64,000 nucleotides of DNA from Octopus vulgaris (GCA_951406725.2 OX597838.1:15004001-15068000), one strand, 5' to 3'; positions 14,070 through 27,862 are shown, counted from the stretch's first letter. The notes: generated by a model from the letters alone, not told the origin. Numbers and translations: made by a program.

Positions 14070-15119
14070 CCGTATTTATATTATCTCAGTTCTCAACAGG
14101 AAAGGCAAGGCGTTTACTTCTTTTCCCCGACCACATAGAATACTTCCGTTATTTCACACGATACACCAAGATCTCTAGATGTGGTACAAGCTTGCTCTTC
14201 TCTACGTCAACAGCATTGACTGGTGCGCAATTCACACCATATGGGAGGAAGGCACACTATTGAGAGATATTCTAAGGTGCTGGTACTTAGTTCAAAATAA
14301 CACTGTATCTAAGATATTAGAGGCAGATGACTCTTCGGGAAAGATTCCTTCGTATCACTAATTACACTCTTTACTCTTTTACTCCTTTACTTGTTTCAGT
14401 CATTTGATTGCGGCCATGCTGGAGAACCGCCTTTAATCGAGCAACTCGACCCCGGGACTTATTCTTTTTGTAAGCCCAGTACTTATTCTATCGGTCTCTT
14501 TTGCCGAACCGCTAAGTGACGGGGACATAAGCACACCAGCATCGGTTGTCAACAAGCAATGCTAGGGGGACAAACACAGACACACAAACACACACACGCA
14601 TATATATATATATATACATATATACGACGGGCTTCTTTCAGTTTCCGTCTACCAAATCCACTCACAAGGCTTTGGTCGGCTCGAGGCTATAGTAGAAGAC
14701 ACTTGCCCAAGGTGCCACGCAGTGGGACTGAACCCGGAACCATGTGGTTGGTAAACAAGCTACTTACCACACTGCGTAACAAAATTTTTATGTTTTTGTG
14801 TCTTTGGTAAGTAAGTGTTATTTGCTGTTTGCTTCTGTCTAGAAATCAAAGGAAATTATTATTGTTCCTTTCAGACTTTGCTTTTGTGACTTGGATGTCT
14901 AGAAATCAAATAGGAAATAACGGTTGCTACCCAAGAACAAAAATCGTGTTACACAGTGATATTAGCGACCGAGTTTCTCGTGTGGTTTGTAGAAGCATGG
15001 AGTATGTTTGTCATCTAGCGTGTAGAAGCGATAAATCAAATCTATCCTAGAAGGATGGTTAACTGGACCGAGATGGACTACACGTTTTTATCACGTGATC
15101 ATTTGACCGACCAGGCTAG

Positions 15120-15400
15120 CAGCTGTTGCTGCACATCGCTGGTCACGATGCGCTTCGCATTGTTTTAGTCTTCAAATGACGCCACCCCGCTGGCTAAGCG
15201 AGCAGGCCAACAGGAAGAAAGAGTGAGAGAAAGTTGTGGCGAAAGAGTACTGCAGGGATCGCCACCGCCCCCTGCCGGAGCCTCGTAGAGCTTTAGGTGT
15301 TTTCGTTCAATAAACACTCACAACGCCCGGTCTGGGAATCGAAACCGCGATCCTACGATCGCGAGTCAGTTGCCTTAACCACTGGGCCATTGCGCCTCCA
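15120..15400 (-). mobile_element. SINE-A head with tail type 3
   Basis: ggaggcgcaatggcccagtggtta head as in other A copies; a different 3' module follows ctttctctcactct. Confidence 0.85.
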
Positions 15401-15492
15401 CTGTACGTTTTTATATTCCTAGAATATGGAAAGAATAAAATAATAATAATGATGATGATGATGATGATGATGATAAAAACAACAACAACAAC

Positions 15493-15549
<57 letters not shown>

Positions 15550-16320
15550 CAAATGTCACAAAAAATTAAATATAGTCTTAGATGCACTATTTTTGAGCAT
15601 AACACAGCACACATTAGATAATGCAGTCCTTAGAGGCACGATATCTGAATAAAAGATGGAGAGTCAAATCTGGAAGGCTTTGGTGATAAATGAACAAAAT
15701 CAGAAATGAAGAGTGGCTAAATCGCAACAACTACAACAGCAGCAGCAACACTACTACCACCACTACCACCAAATTGAAAATGTATTGTAACAAGATTAGA
15801 CATGTCACTGCGAAACTATCTACGTTCGTCTGATATCTTATTACTGAAATTATTCTTATATGCAGTGTAATCCACATTAATTATATGCTACACTAATCAT
15901 TGTGTAATTAGTAACACAATCCATCATGTATTACATTCGTTTACAGTTTGTATGGTAAATGTTGTTGCTGTTGTTCCTTTTTTTTTTTTTTTTTTTGTCC
16001 TAGGTCGATTCTGAACTATGAAGCCTTTCAGCAATTGTTTTCCCACTGTGACCCTTTTTTTCCAGGTTACGTCGTTTCCTGGAAATAGTATCCAAATCTC
16101 ACTCAAACCACACACTACAGTTTTAGAATTAGATAAAACAGACAATATTTTCCGAGGTACAATTTTCTTGGATAGAAAAAAAAAAAGAATGGAATGGCTA
16201 TTCGATTAAATACCTTAGATCAGAAGCCTTACTCATTATGACTAAGTAGTGGACGCATTTAGAAATCAAATCTAACTTTCTATCTAAAGTATGCATTGAT
16301 TTGGTGTGGATAAAGTGTTT

Positions 16321-16707
16321 CTTATTTCTTTATTGCCTACAAGGGGCTAAACACAGAGAGGACAAACAAGGACAGACAAACGGATTAAGTCGATTACATC
16401 GACCCCAGTTGGAAACTGGTACTTAATTTATCGACCCCGAAAGGATGAAAGGAAAAGTCGACCTCGGTGGAATTTGAACTCAGAACGTAACGGCAGACAA
16501 AATACGGCTACGCATTTCGCTCGGCGTGCTAACTGCGTAGCCGTATTTTGTCTGCCGTTACGTTCTGAGTTCAAATTCCGCCGAGGTCGACTTTGCTTTT
16601 CATCCTTTCGGGGTCGATAAATTAAGTACCAGTTGCGTACTGGTGTCGATCTAATCGACTGGTCCCCTCCCCCATAATTTCTGGCCTTGTGCCTAGAGTA
16701 GAAAAGA
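16321..16707. mobile_element. Two SINE-D copies fused head-to-head (fold-back)
   Basis: 16321-16530 on minus and 16533-16707 on plus; ~120-bp inverted arms. Confidence 0.85.
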
Positions 16708-17174
16708 TTTTTGTACTTCCACAATTTTTTGTGACATTTGCTTGGCTCGAACCTAACAACCAGAAACATCAGAATGTATCTACGGAATATTTGCTTTCTC
16801 TATTTTGCATATTCGAAAAAAAAGTTAAACGTCAGCAACTCCTGATCACAAACTGAAACAGAAAAAAAATATGATTTTAGTTAAAATAAAAATATGGTTT
16901 TAGACATATGTAAAACGGTTATTCACGATAGTCTTCAAAAAAATATAATTTGGAGTTGTATGTGTAACCCGGTGACAGCTGATGATAGAGGAAAACTATT
17001 AACATTTTTGAAATCATAGCCCCAAATTTAGTAATAGACGAGGGGGGAGATCATGATAAACAAACATTTTTGAAAAATTCAAGCTGTGCTATTTGTCACT
17101 CTCTCCAGAATTTGATTACTGCTCAATTATATTGTCAACAAACGTTTAGAAACTGACCCAGATATATCGTTATT

Positions 17175-17547
17175 GGAAGCACTCCGTCGGTTACGACGAC
17201 GAGGGTTCCGGTTGATCCGATCAACGGAACAGCCTGCTCGTGAAATTAACGTGTAAGTGGCTGAGCACTCCACAGACACGTGTACCCTTAACGTAGTTCT
17301 CGGGGATATTCAGCGTGACACAGAGTGTGAAAAGGCCGGCCCTTTGAAATACAGGTACAACAGAAACAGGAAGTAAGAGTGAGAGAAAGTTGTGGTGAAA
17401 GAGTACAGCAGGGATCAGCACCATCCCCTGCCGGAGCCTCGTGGAGCTTTAGGTGTTTTCGCTCAATAAACACTCACAACGCCCGGTCTGGGAATCGAAA
17501 CCGCGATCCTACGACCGCTGCCCTAACCACTGGGCCATTGCGCCTCC
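17175..17547 (-). mobile_element. SINE-A full length (tail type 1) with 11-bp TSD
   Basis: TSD atatcgttatt at 17164-17174 and 17550-17560. Confidence 0.92.
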
Positions 17548-17732
17548 TAATATCGTTATTATAATTATAATAAAATAAATAAATTGTTACTTCGATTGTC
17601 CGAATGAGTAGAAGGAGAGAGAGAGAGAGAGAGAGAGAGACGGCGAAAATGAATTGCAGTATTTAGTTATGTCACTTGGATTCTCAGTTCGAATTTCGCC
17701 ATGGCGATTTTGCTCTTTACTCTTTTGATGAG

Positions 17733-18065
17733 TAGCCAACCGGCAGTCCACCCGACCGTCCACCCCGAAAACTAGACACCTCCCAGACATTAGACTCATT
17801 ACACAAACACAAACACCCTCCTTCAGTATTGCACAGGAAGAAACGATGCAATAGGTAGCTAGGATTCGAACTTACGCGCAAGCACACAAGTACGCACGCA
17901 CGCACGCATACACACACACACACACACACACACAGTGGCACACGTTAACACACACACTCTCTTTCGTTCTCCTCCCTCTTTCTCTCTCTCTCTCTCTTTC
18001 TTTCTCCTCTCTCTCTCTCTTTCTTTCTCCTCTCTCTCTCTTTCGTTCTCCTCTCTTTCTCTCTC
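17733..18065. repeat. Left arm of a near-perfect inverted duplication of 22004-22338
   Basis: tagccaaccggcagtccacc...ctctctttctctctc is the reverse complement of 22004-22338, apart from microsatellite length differences. Confidence 0.95.
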
Positions 18066-18292
18066 ACACACACACATACTCTCTTTCACTCTTTTACGTG
18101 TTTCAGTCATTTGACTGCGGCCATGCTGGAGCACCGCCTTTTAGTCGAGCAAATCGACCCCCAGGTCTTATTCTTTGTAAGCCTTGTACTTATTCTATCG
18201 GTCTCTTTTTGCCGAGCCGCTAAGTTACGGAGACGTAAACACACCAGCATCGGTTGTCAAGCGATGTTAGGAGGACAAACACAGACACACAA

Positions 18293-18351
<59 letters not shown>

Positions 18352-19629
18352 AATATATAGGACGGGCTTCTTTTTCAGTTTCCGTCTACCAAATCCACTC
18401 ACAAGGCTTTGGTCGGCCCGGGGCTATAGTAGATGCCCATGGTGCCACGCAGTGGGACTGAACCCGGAACCATGTGGTTGGTAAGCAAGCTACTTACCAC
18501 ACAGCCACTCCTACACATATTTAAATATATCTTTCATTTTTTATTTTTTTACCTGTTTCAGTCTTTAGACTGTGGCCATGATGGGGCACCACCTATATGT
18601 GTGTGTGTATACACGCGTGTGCACACATGCGCGCGCACACACACAGAAACGCTATCACATACATTTACATACAGAAGCACACATACAGACACTACACGGG
18701 TATACAACGCATGCATACACCCACAGACACGAAATCATACTCGGCGACCACCATCGTCGCCACCAGCACCACATTCGTACCAATACCCACTCACACCACC
18801 ACCACTACCAACACCATCACCAGCTCCACAATTCCCACCATTATCACGGTGCGGTGCCACATATTGTTAGAGCGAGGAGGGTAGGTCATAACCGATTTAA
18901 TACCCCAGTACATAACTGGTATTTATATATCCCAACTTGTGAAGAAGTAACACCAAAACCGACCAGGCGTCGCGTGGAGGAAGCTGTTGCGTCAGTTGCC
19001 AAGGGTTGTGTATATGCTCTACTCAGATTAGTTTTGAAAGAAGGACAGGAGGAAGGGACCAGGAGAAAGGGACTGCACCCACGACCTTTGCAGTCCCTAT
19101 GACAACAGTGACATCAAAGCAGTTATTCATTTTTTCAGTTATCTTTTACTTGCCTCAGTCATTGGACTGCGGCCATACTAGAACGGTGCCCCAGCAAGGC
19201 CGGAGTTTTTGACGAACAAATTGACTCAAGGACATATTTTTTAAAAGCCTGCTACTTGTCCTCTCAGTTTCTTTTCCTGAAATCGTTAAGTTGCGCAGAC
19301 GTAAACGGACCAACATTCGGTTGTCAGGCAGTGGTGAAGGAAGAGGACAAACACACGATTGCACGTTCTGAGTTCAAGTTCCGCCGACTTCGAACTTTGC
19401 CCTTCATCCTTTCGGGTTCGATAAAATAAGCACCAGTTGACTACTGGGGTGGTGTAATCGACTTATCCATTCTTTCAAAATCGATAGCCTTGTGCCAAAA
19501 TTTGAAGCCAATATTTCGTTCTGAGTACTTCTGCAAGAAATCTTGCTGAGATTCGACCCACTATTCTTTTGATGCGCTTATAGTGCATCTCGGCCTTGTT
19601 TCCAAGTTTATGTTATTGTGATGGAAAAT

Positions 19630-20012
19630 GGAAGCACTCCGTCGGTTACGACGATGAGGGTTCCGGTTGATCCGATCAACGGAACAGCCTGCTCGTGAAA
19701 TTAACGTGTAAGTGGCTGAGCACTCCACAGACACGTGTACGCTTAACGTAGTTCTCGGGGATATTCAGCGTGACACAGAGAGTGACAAGGCCGGCCCTTT
19801 GAAATACAGGTACAACAGAAACAGGAAGTAAGAGTGAGAGAAAGTTGTGGTGAAAGAGTACAGCAGGGATCACCACCGTCCCACTGCCGGAGCCTCGTGG
19901 AGCTTTAGATGTTTTCGCTCAATAAACACTCACAACGCCCGGTCTGGGAATCGAAACCGCGATCCTACGACCGCGAGTCCGCTGCCCTAACCACTGGGCC
20001 ATTGCGCCTCCA
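19630..20012 (-). mobile_element. SINE-A full length with 13-bp TSD
   Basis: TSD attgtgatggaaa at 19615-19627 and 20014-20026. Confidence 0.92.
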
Positions 20013-20762
20013 CATTGTGATGGAAACAGGGAAGATGATTCAAAAGTTGTTCGAGTTTTCGCGATTTCTCTCTCATTAAATCATCTGCTTGACTCCACAA
20101 TATAAGCAGACGCAGAAAGCTCACTTCATGCTGTTGGCATTTTACTTTTCGGCTGATACAGCCATAAGGAAGACGACATTTTAGCCTCAGTCTTATTAGC
20201 TTAAGAATATCTTTCTTCAACACAAGAGGCCAACTTCATCACCATCGTTGTTACTTAAACGCGTAAGAGACATTATCTTCATCACCCCCATCAACACAGC
20301 AGGCGGCTTTTTCTTGCCACCATTCTTTGTCATACACAACCGAAACTATTTCAGTGATTACTAGTTTTATAACTGACCGGCTGGCCTCTCTGCCACACAC
20401 GAAACAAACAAACATTTTCTCGTATACTGCCAAAAATAATATACACATGAATCGGTAGTGATTCAAAATAGTAATGTTTTTCAAAAGTTGCTAAATAAAC
20501 ATTTTATATATACAACAAATGCAGGGTCCATATTTGTTTATTCAACTTATCCAAACATCCACATACACACTGCTTTTACTCTGGGGACTCGTCAAACCTT
20601 TCGTACGTACTTAATTCATACACAAAACTTTCGTAGTACATTTACTAAAGTTTACAGTTCAAATCCCGGCAATGTCAATTTTTCCTTTTATCATTTCAGA
20701 GTAGAACAAATCTAAGTCCAAAGACTGGTGAAATTGTTTGAGGGTTAGACGAGACGAGCTGA

Positions 20763-20829
<67 letters not shown>

Positions 20830-20999
20830 GTGAAGTATATTTGCCACTTAAATGTGGCTAACCACTGAGGGTGGATGCTACTGTAGCTTGTAGCCCCAGG
20901 AGAACATCTCCAGCTGGCTATTGACACACTTTCTGTGCCCTATCAGTATTTTCAAAGGGAAGCTATCCTTCCCATCGTCGACCTGACGTGATACGCACG

Positions 21000-21790
21000 G
21001 ACCTGGGTTTCTGGGTATTTACCGGTCGTCAGCGCACGACAATCACAAATTTTTGATCTGTACGGTTGACCTAGATAGGCTCCATAGGCAGGGACCCGGA
21101 TACTGGAAGCTGAACGCGTCCTTATTGGCACGTCAGGCTTTCAGAGACCGGCTTAGTAAGTTAGTCCATCGAAAGTTAACGGGTGCAGTCGTCAACAACC
21201 GATGACTGGGGGCCCTAAAACGGGCGATTAAAGTAAAAGCTGTAGAATTTAGCAGAGAACTAGTGACAGAGAAGACTAGAGTAGAAGGAGACCCATTTAG
21301 GAAATTAGAAGAGGCACTCAGTAGTGGCACAGTGATTGACATGCTGACAATGAGAATGTTTCTGAACCAATTCTTCGACACAAAGCATGAAGGTTGTATT
21401 GTCAGAGCCAGGACGCATGCTTTAAAACAGGAGAGAACGAAACCCTTTCGATGGGCCCGGGTGGCTGAGGCGCAACGAGGTAATAAAACTACAATCCAGT
21501 CTTTGAGGGGCCGGGACGGGCACATGCTACACGAATCGAAGAGGATTTGTGCGGAATTTCAGTGACAATTTACTGAACTGTGGCCCGGAGGCGGAGGTGA
21601 ACTTAACTTCCTATCTTGATGTTATGCTGCGACTTTCGGCCAGGGACGTGGAGTTCTGCGAAATCTTGATGACAGCTGAAGATATATATATATATATATA
21701 TACGTGACATGTCAGCTAGTTGCACGAGGGAGCGGTCTCCAGGACAGGATGGTCTGCCCTTCGAGTTTTATATACATATGCCATACTTAT
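21000..21790 (+). pseudogene. Decayed L1/Tx1-like ORF2 fragment (EN-RT linker and start of RT)
   Basis: KHEGCIVRARTH linker (ORF 21263-21565) and SPGQDGLPFEF near 21737-21770, matching the KSPGxDGLxxEFY motif; stops and frameshifts present. Confidence 0.75.
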
Positions 21791-21894
21791 TTGGTGTTCC
21801 AGCATGGCCGCAGTCCAATGATTGAAACAAGATAAGATACACACAAAAGCACACACACACACATAAACATAGACAGCATTCCACTCACAAGATA

Positions 21895-21925
<31 letters not shown>

Positions 21926-22003
21926 ATTTTTGTCTTTGGTTGTTCAAGGAGAATACAATTGACTATATCGACCTCCAGTACTTGGTCCGTCCTTTATTTC
22001 ATC

Positions 22004-22128
22004 GAGAGAGAAAGAGAGGAGAACGAAAGAGAGAGAGAGGAGAAAGAAAGAGAGAGAGAGAGGAGAAAGAAAGAGAGAGAGAGAAAGAGGGAGGAGAACG
22101 AAAGAGAGTGTGTGTGTTAACGTGTGCC

Positions 22129-22164
<36 letters not shown>

Positions 22165-22338
22165 CGTGCGTGCGTGCGTACTTGTGTGCTTGCGCGTAAG
22201 TTCGAATCCTAGCTACCTATTGCATCGTTTCTTCCTGTGCAATACTGAAGGAGGGTGTTTGTGTTTGTGTAATGAGTCTAATGTCTGGGAGGTGTCTAGT
22301 TTTCGGGGTGGACGGTCGGGTGGACTGCCGGTTGGCTA
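22004..22338. repeat. Right arm of the inverted duplication
   Basis: Reverse complement of 17733-18065. Confidence 0.95.
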
Positions 22339-22903
22339 GGGTGGCAGCGGCGGGTGTTGTTATAAACATAAATAAAAACTACCACTTCTAAGTGAAAAAA
22401 CAGTTGTTGACCTTTATCATAACATTGTCAACCCGCCACCCCTGAAAATTATATTCACAGAAATGGAAATGATTTATATGTTGACATTCCAACAGCCGTC
22501 ACCCGAACTCCACCCAAGAAAGCTAACCCACCCCTACTCTATCCCAAATGCACAAACATACACAATCTCACACACACATACACATACATATTCACACAAA
22601 CGTGCACATATATTCACACACACACTACATCTATCTATTTTACTTTGGTTGCTCTACTGCTGCTCCTGTTGTTGTTGTTGTTGTTGTTGTTGTTGCTACT
22701 GTTGTTGTTGCTACTGTTGTTGTTGCTACTGTTGTTGTTTAGTCCGGTACTTCTGCCTCGCAGCAACAGCCACCGGGACTCCCTCCTTTTTCCTTCCCTT
22801 CGCCCTTTTTCCTAGCAAACTGACATTAAACTACAGAAGTTTGTCACACATCAATAATATCGATCCTAGCCCTACCAGTCAAATACAGCATATAATTTAA
22901 TAC

Positions 22904-23317
22904 CTATTTCTTTACTACCCACAAGGGGCTAAACACAGAGAGGACAAACAAGGACAGACAAACGAATTAAGTCGATTACATCGACCCCACTGCGTAACTG
23001 GTACTTAATTTAAGGACTCCGAAAGGATGAAAGGCAAAGTCTACCTCGGCGGAATTTGAACTCAGAACGTAACGGCAGACGAAATACCAATTTCTTTATT
23101 ACCCACAAGGGGCTAAACACAGAGGGGACAAACAAAGACAGACATAGGTATTAAGTCGATTACATCGACCCCAGTGCTTAACTGGTACTTAATTTATCGA
23201 TCCCGAAAGGATGAAAGGCAAAGTCGACCTCGGCGGAATTTGAACTCACAACGTAACGCAGACGAAATACCGCGAAGCATTTCGCCCGGCGTGCTAACGA
23301 TTCTGCCAGCTCGCCGC
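22904..23317 (-). mobile_element. SINE-D dimer with one head and an imperfect TSD
   Basis: Internal junction at 23087/23088; atataatttaatac (22890-22903) versus atacaatttgatac (23318-23331). Confidence 0.88.
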
Positions 23318-23751
23318 ATACAATTTGATACCCCCAACCTCTCCCCCACAGACGAAATTGTAACTTTTTTTCCTATGTTAGAAATCATTTGCAGCAATAA
23401 TTACTCTTTCTACAAAACGTCTAAATCTTTCCGAGGTCAGTTTTGCATTCCGCTCTTCTACCGGTGATGAAATAAAATACCAGTCAGGTATTGGGGTTTA
23501 CTCGATTAACTTCTTTCTGAGAAGTTTTTGGCATTGTGCTTATTATGTACGCAATCATCTATATATTAATACGCTAAGGCTGAATGCTTTCACGTGGTTA
23601 GTTGAAGGGATAAGCGAAGAGTGAGAGGAAAAGAGGGAAAGAGCAGAGTTAACGACGAGCGGTAGGTGGAAAGTAATAGTTACTGCGCCAGTACCGAATG
23701 CATTACGCTCTCACATGGTTAGTTCAAAGGAGAGGCGAAAAGAGAGTGAAT

Positions 23752-23792
<41 letters not shown>

Positions 23793-23954
23793 AGAGAGAG
23801 AGAGAGAAGGGAAGAGAGACAGCCACAGAAGAGTATTAGTGCTGAGTGACAAGAGAAATGTATTGCTATTACGTTGTGTGGTTAGTTACACTGGGGTCGA
23901 TGTAATCGACTCATCCCTTTCCCCAAAATTGCTGCCCCAAAATTGAAACCATTG

Positions 23955-23988
<34 letters not shown>

Positions 23989-23989
<1 letters not shown>

Positions 23990-24542
23990 GAGTGAGAGAG
24001 CAGTGCATGCCATCAAAGTGACACTGGGGTAAAATATACGAAGCCCAATATACCCATCATGATTACCCGTCTGATAAAGGTACACCAGGCACATGCATCA
24101 CAACCATATGTGCGCGACATGGTGATCTCATATCAAGATAAACAGCACATGACCTTGCAGGTGGGGCCCAGTTAGAATTTTCTTCAGGTTGAGTAGCCCA
24201 TCCCGCTCAAAAGGTCTCTGAATAAGGGATGTTTAAGGATGTTGAAAGAACCACCCATGTTTCCAGAGGTGAATTATTCAAACCCCAAAGAATCCCCCCA
24301 ACACATGGCCATGATGCTCCCCCACTACTTCTGCTCGTGATCAGAGATGCACATATCGTCAGCCACTAAGGGACATGCTCAACTGGTTAAAGTCAAACAA
24401 CTGACAAGCAAATCTGTGGTATTGAGCAGAATATTTGCTGTAACCCATCTTTTATACCAAAACAAAACAATGTACATGATAACACTTCCAATCAGTTAAG
24501 ATCAGAAGCCATGAGAGCCACTGCCTGATACTGCATCAGGGC

Positions 24543-24545
<3 letters not shown>
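23989..24545 (-). mobile_element. ~555-bp non-coding element flanked on both sides by (TAA)n
   Basis: Second copy at 7556-7908; no ORF; (ATT)n on both flanks. Orientation is inferred. Confidence 0.7.
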
Positions 24546-24614
<69 letters not shown>

Positions 24615-24629
24615 GTTATTATTATTATT

Positions 24630-25050
24630 AAGCTGGTACAATCGGTAGCAGGGTGAAATGCGTAGCGGTATTTCGTCTGCCGCTACGTTCTGAGTCCAAA
24701 TTCCACCAAGGTCGATTTTGCCTTTCATCCTTTCGAAGTCGCTAAAATAAATACCAGTTGAACACTGGGGTCGATGTAATTGACTTACCCGGAAATTATT
24801 ATTATTACTAACATGATCATCATCATTATCATCATCATCATTATTAAGGCGGCGAGGTAGCAGAATCGTTAGCACGGCGGAGAAAATGCTTATAACCATT
24901 TTGTCCGTCTTTACGTTCTGAGTGAAAACTCTACTAAGGTCTACTTTGCCATTCATTCTTTCGGAGTCGATGAAATAGTACCGGTCGATCACCGGGGTGG
25001 ATATAATTTACTGTCCCACCAAAACATTTCAGGCTTTGTGCTTATAGTAT
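24630..25050 (+). mobile_element. Two diverged SINE-D copies; other old copies at 19362-19510, 29540-29960, 31497-31925(-), 35997-36835(-), 39820-40030, 61113-61222, 61945-62140
   Basis: Recognisable B-box and ctttcatcctttcg body; old-type tail ccttgtgccaaaatttgaaa. Confidence 0.8.
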
Positions 25051-25628
25051 AAATGATTGTTGTTGTTGTCGTTGTCATCCTCATCATCCTCATCAACATC
25101 ATTGAAATTAAAGGGGAAAGGTGCACTTAGTCTCGGTTCTGTAAAATTTGCATATTTTTCACAGTATTCAACCGGTTGGGGCGTGTGTTTTTCCAACTTC
25201 TTTATTATCTGTGAAGAAGGGTTTTTCGTATCCCCCATCCCAGAGTAACCGTCGTCTTTAAATTTCGTTTTTGAAATTATCAGTTTTTTTGAAAAAAAAA
25301 ATGGATCCTTGCAAGAAAGATAAGAATGTACGCTGAAGACGAATATAACAGACAGCGAGTGGAAGACAGATTAATTGGAACAAATTGAGAAAGAAATGAA
25401 GAGATGAATCGGCTTAACGCCTGCATTAATAACAGCTTCGCTGCTGTAGCCATGGTGACGCCAGTGTCAGAGGGGAAATTTTGTTGTAGTTTGGCTCGGA
25501 TAAGCTCGGACATTCTGAAGAGAAAGTCAACAATAACCTCACCACCGACAACAATGAGACCAGGAGAATTTTGTTTGCGTCTGTGACAACCAATCAGTGA
25601 CTAATACAGTTATTTCGAAAGCAAGAAA

Positions 25629-25691
<63 letters not shown>

Positions 25692-26701
25692 TGTACGGAC
25701 GCCGCTATATTTATATAAAAAGGAATATCAAAAATGGGACTATAATGCAAGACATCCAGACAGTAGACAGTTAGGTGATACAAAAAAGGGACAAAACATC
25801 CAGACAAACGATACAAAAAAACAAGGACGGGTCATTCGGAGTTTTCTTTCTTCAGTCGAGTTCCAGATTATCTTTGCAATTTCGGCTGGTTATACTCGAG
25901 ATTGCTCCAATCTGGCCAGCCCCAAGGAAAAACTAAGCTAAGAGCACTAGATTCATTGGAAGAATGCAGAGAATATATACGAAAACAAGGACGGAAAGAA
26001 AACGGAGAAATGGTACACAAATACAAATGCAAATAAAGGACATTAACAGCAGGTGTCTTATCCCATTAAGCGTTCGTTCCTCTTTTTGTCTTCTGCAATT
26101 TTATTTTGGGATCATCTATATATATGAAGAATTTTCCACCATCTGGCTGTTTTTCTCTCTGCAAAACGGAAAGTTGCATTATGGAACAGTCATTTTAACG
26201 AGATTTATTTATTTATTTATCACCTGACGAGATACGTCTGCACCACCGGATACTCCTGAACCAGTTTTTTTGTGTGTCCCACAAGAGAAGTCGATGCTAG
26301 ATATGTCGAAACAATTGTTGCGATAAATAATATATTCCCGTATATTCCATCTTCTGTCTTTCATTTGTTATATATATATATAGTTCGGCTAAAGGCGGTG
26401 CTCCAGCATGGCTGCAGTCAAATGACTGAAACAAAAGAATAAAGAATAATTATATATATATATATATATATAAACAAGGGCAAAAGAAAAAAATTCTAAT
26501 GCCAAATATGCCGAAAATAGACAAATCGTCAATAACCATATAATCTTTTTTTTCCTTTTGTCCTTGTTTATAAGTTGTTTATAAATTTAAGTTTTAAAGG
26601 TATTTTTTAATATGGTGGCCATTGATAGAATTTTTTCGAAAAATTTCATCCTATATTAGATGTATATATATATGTATGTATGTATGTGTGTGTGTGTGTG
26701 T

Positions 26702-26732
<31 letters not shown>

Positions 26733-27439
26733 TTGTGTTTTTACCCGCCACTCGCCGCTTGAAAACCGATATTGGTGTGTTTACATCCCCGTAACTTATT
26801 AAAAAAATACCAAGTACTGGTGGGGCGGGGTCCGATTCATTCGAACTAAACGAATTTTTCAAGTTGGTGCATCAGCATGGCAGCAGTCCAATGACTGAAA
26901 CAAGTAAAAGATAAAAGATAAATGATAAATGGTAATAGATGAGCACCTTTCAGTGGTGGAAACGCGCGGTGTGTGTGGGGGGGATACGCAAGAGTGTTTT
27001 TATATTCAAGACAAGATATAAAACGCAGACGGACCCTGAGCAAATATTCAAACAATCAAAAGCGTGCAATTACAAGAAGCTGTTTTTCCCTGGTTTAAAG
27101 TATCATTGTGCTGCTTAGTATATCAGTGATAGTGTGTACCATTATTTAATCCGATTCTCCGTATTCTTTTTGTTGTTAAACGTCTTTTACGGTAGGCGAC
27201 ACATACGGGAGTGGTTGGCCTTCTTAGTTATTATATAGGTTATCAATGTTTAAGTACTAAGCGGTGGACAGATCTATAACGATGTAGAACTTGTTTCAGA
27301 CTGATCTTTTCTTTGTTGAATTTCTTTCCAGTCTATAATAAATTCCTAAGCTGATCTAGCAGGGCATGTAATCTTAGAAAGCTGATAAATAAAACAGTTA
27401 AAACTCTTCCATCGAAACAAATGCGTAACCCGAAAAAAA

Positions 27440-27505
27440 AAAATAACAACAACAGCAACAACAACAACAACAACAACAATAATAATAATAATAATAATGA
27501 TGATA

Positions 27506-27553
<48 letters not shown>

Positions 27554-27593
27554 GTAATAATAATAATAATAACAATAGTAGTAAATAGTAATC

Positions 27594-27638
<45 letters not shown>

Positions 27639-27743
27639 GAATAATAATAGTAATAATAATAATAAGTAATAATAATAGTAATAATAATAGTAATAATAAT
27701 AATAAGTAATAATAATAATAATAACAACAACAACAACAACAAC

Positions 27744-27775
<32 letters not shown>

Positions 27776-27803
27776 TAATAAAAACAATAATAATAATAAT
27801 AAC

Positions 27804-27862
<59 letters not shown>

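Noticed and set aside
20040-20480. Short minus-strand ORFs in unique-looking sequence
   Set aside because: No recognisable motif or splice structure; possibly an old transposon.
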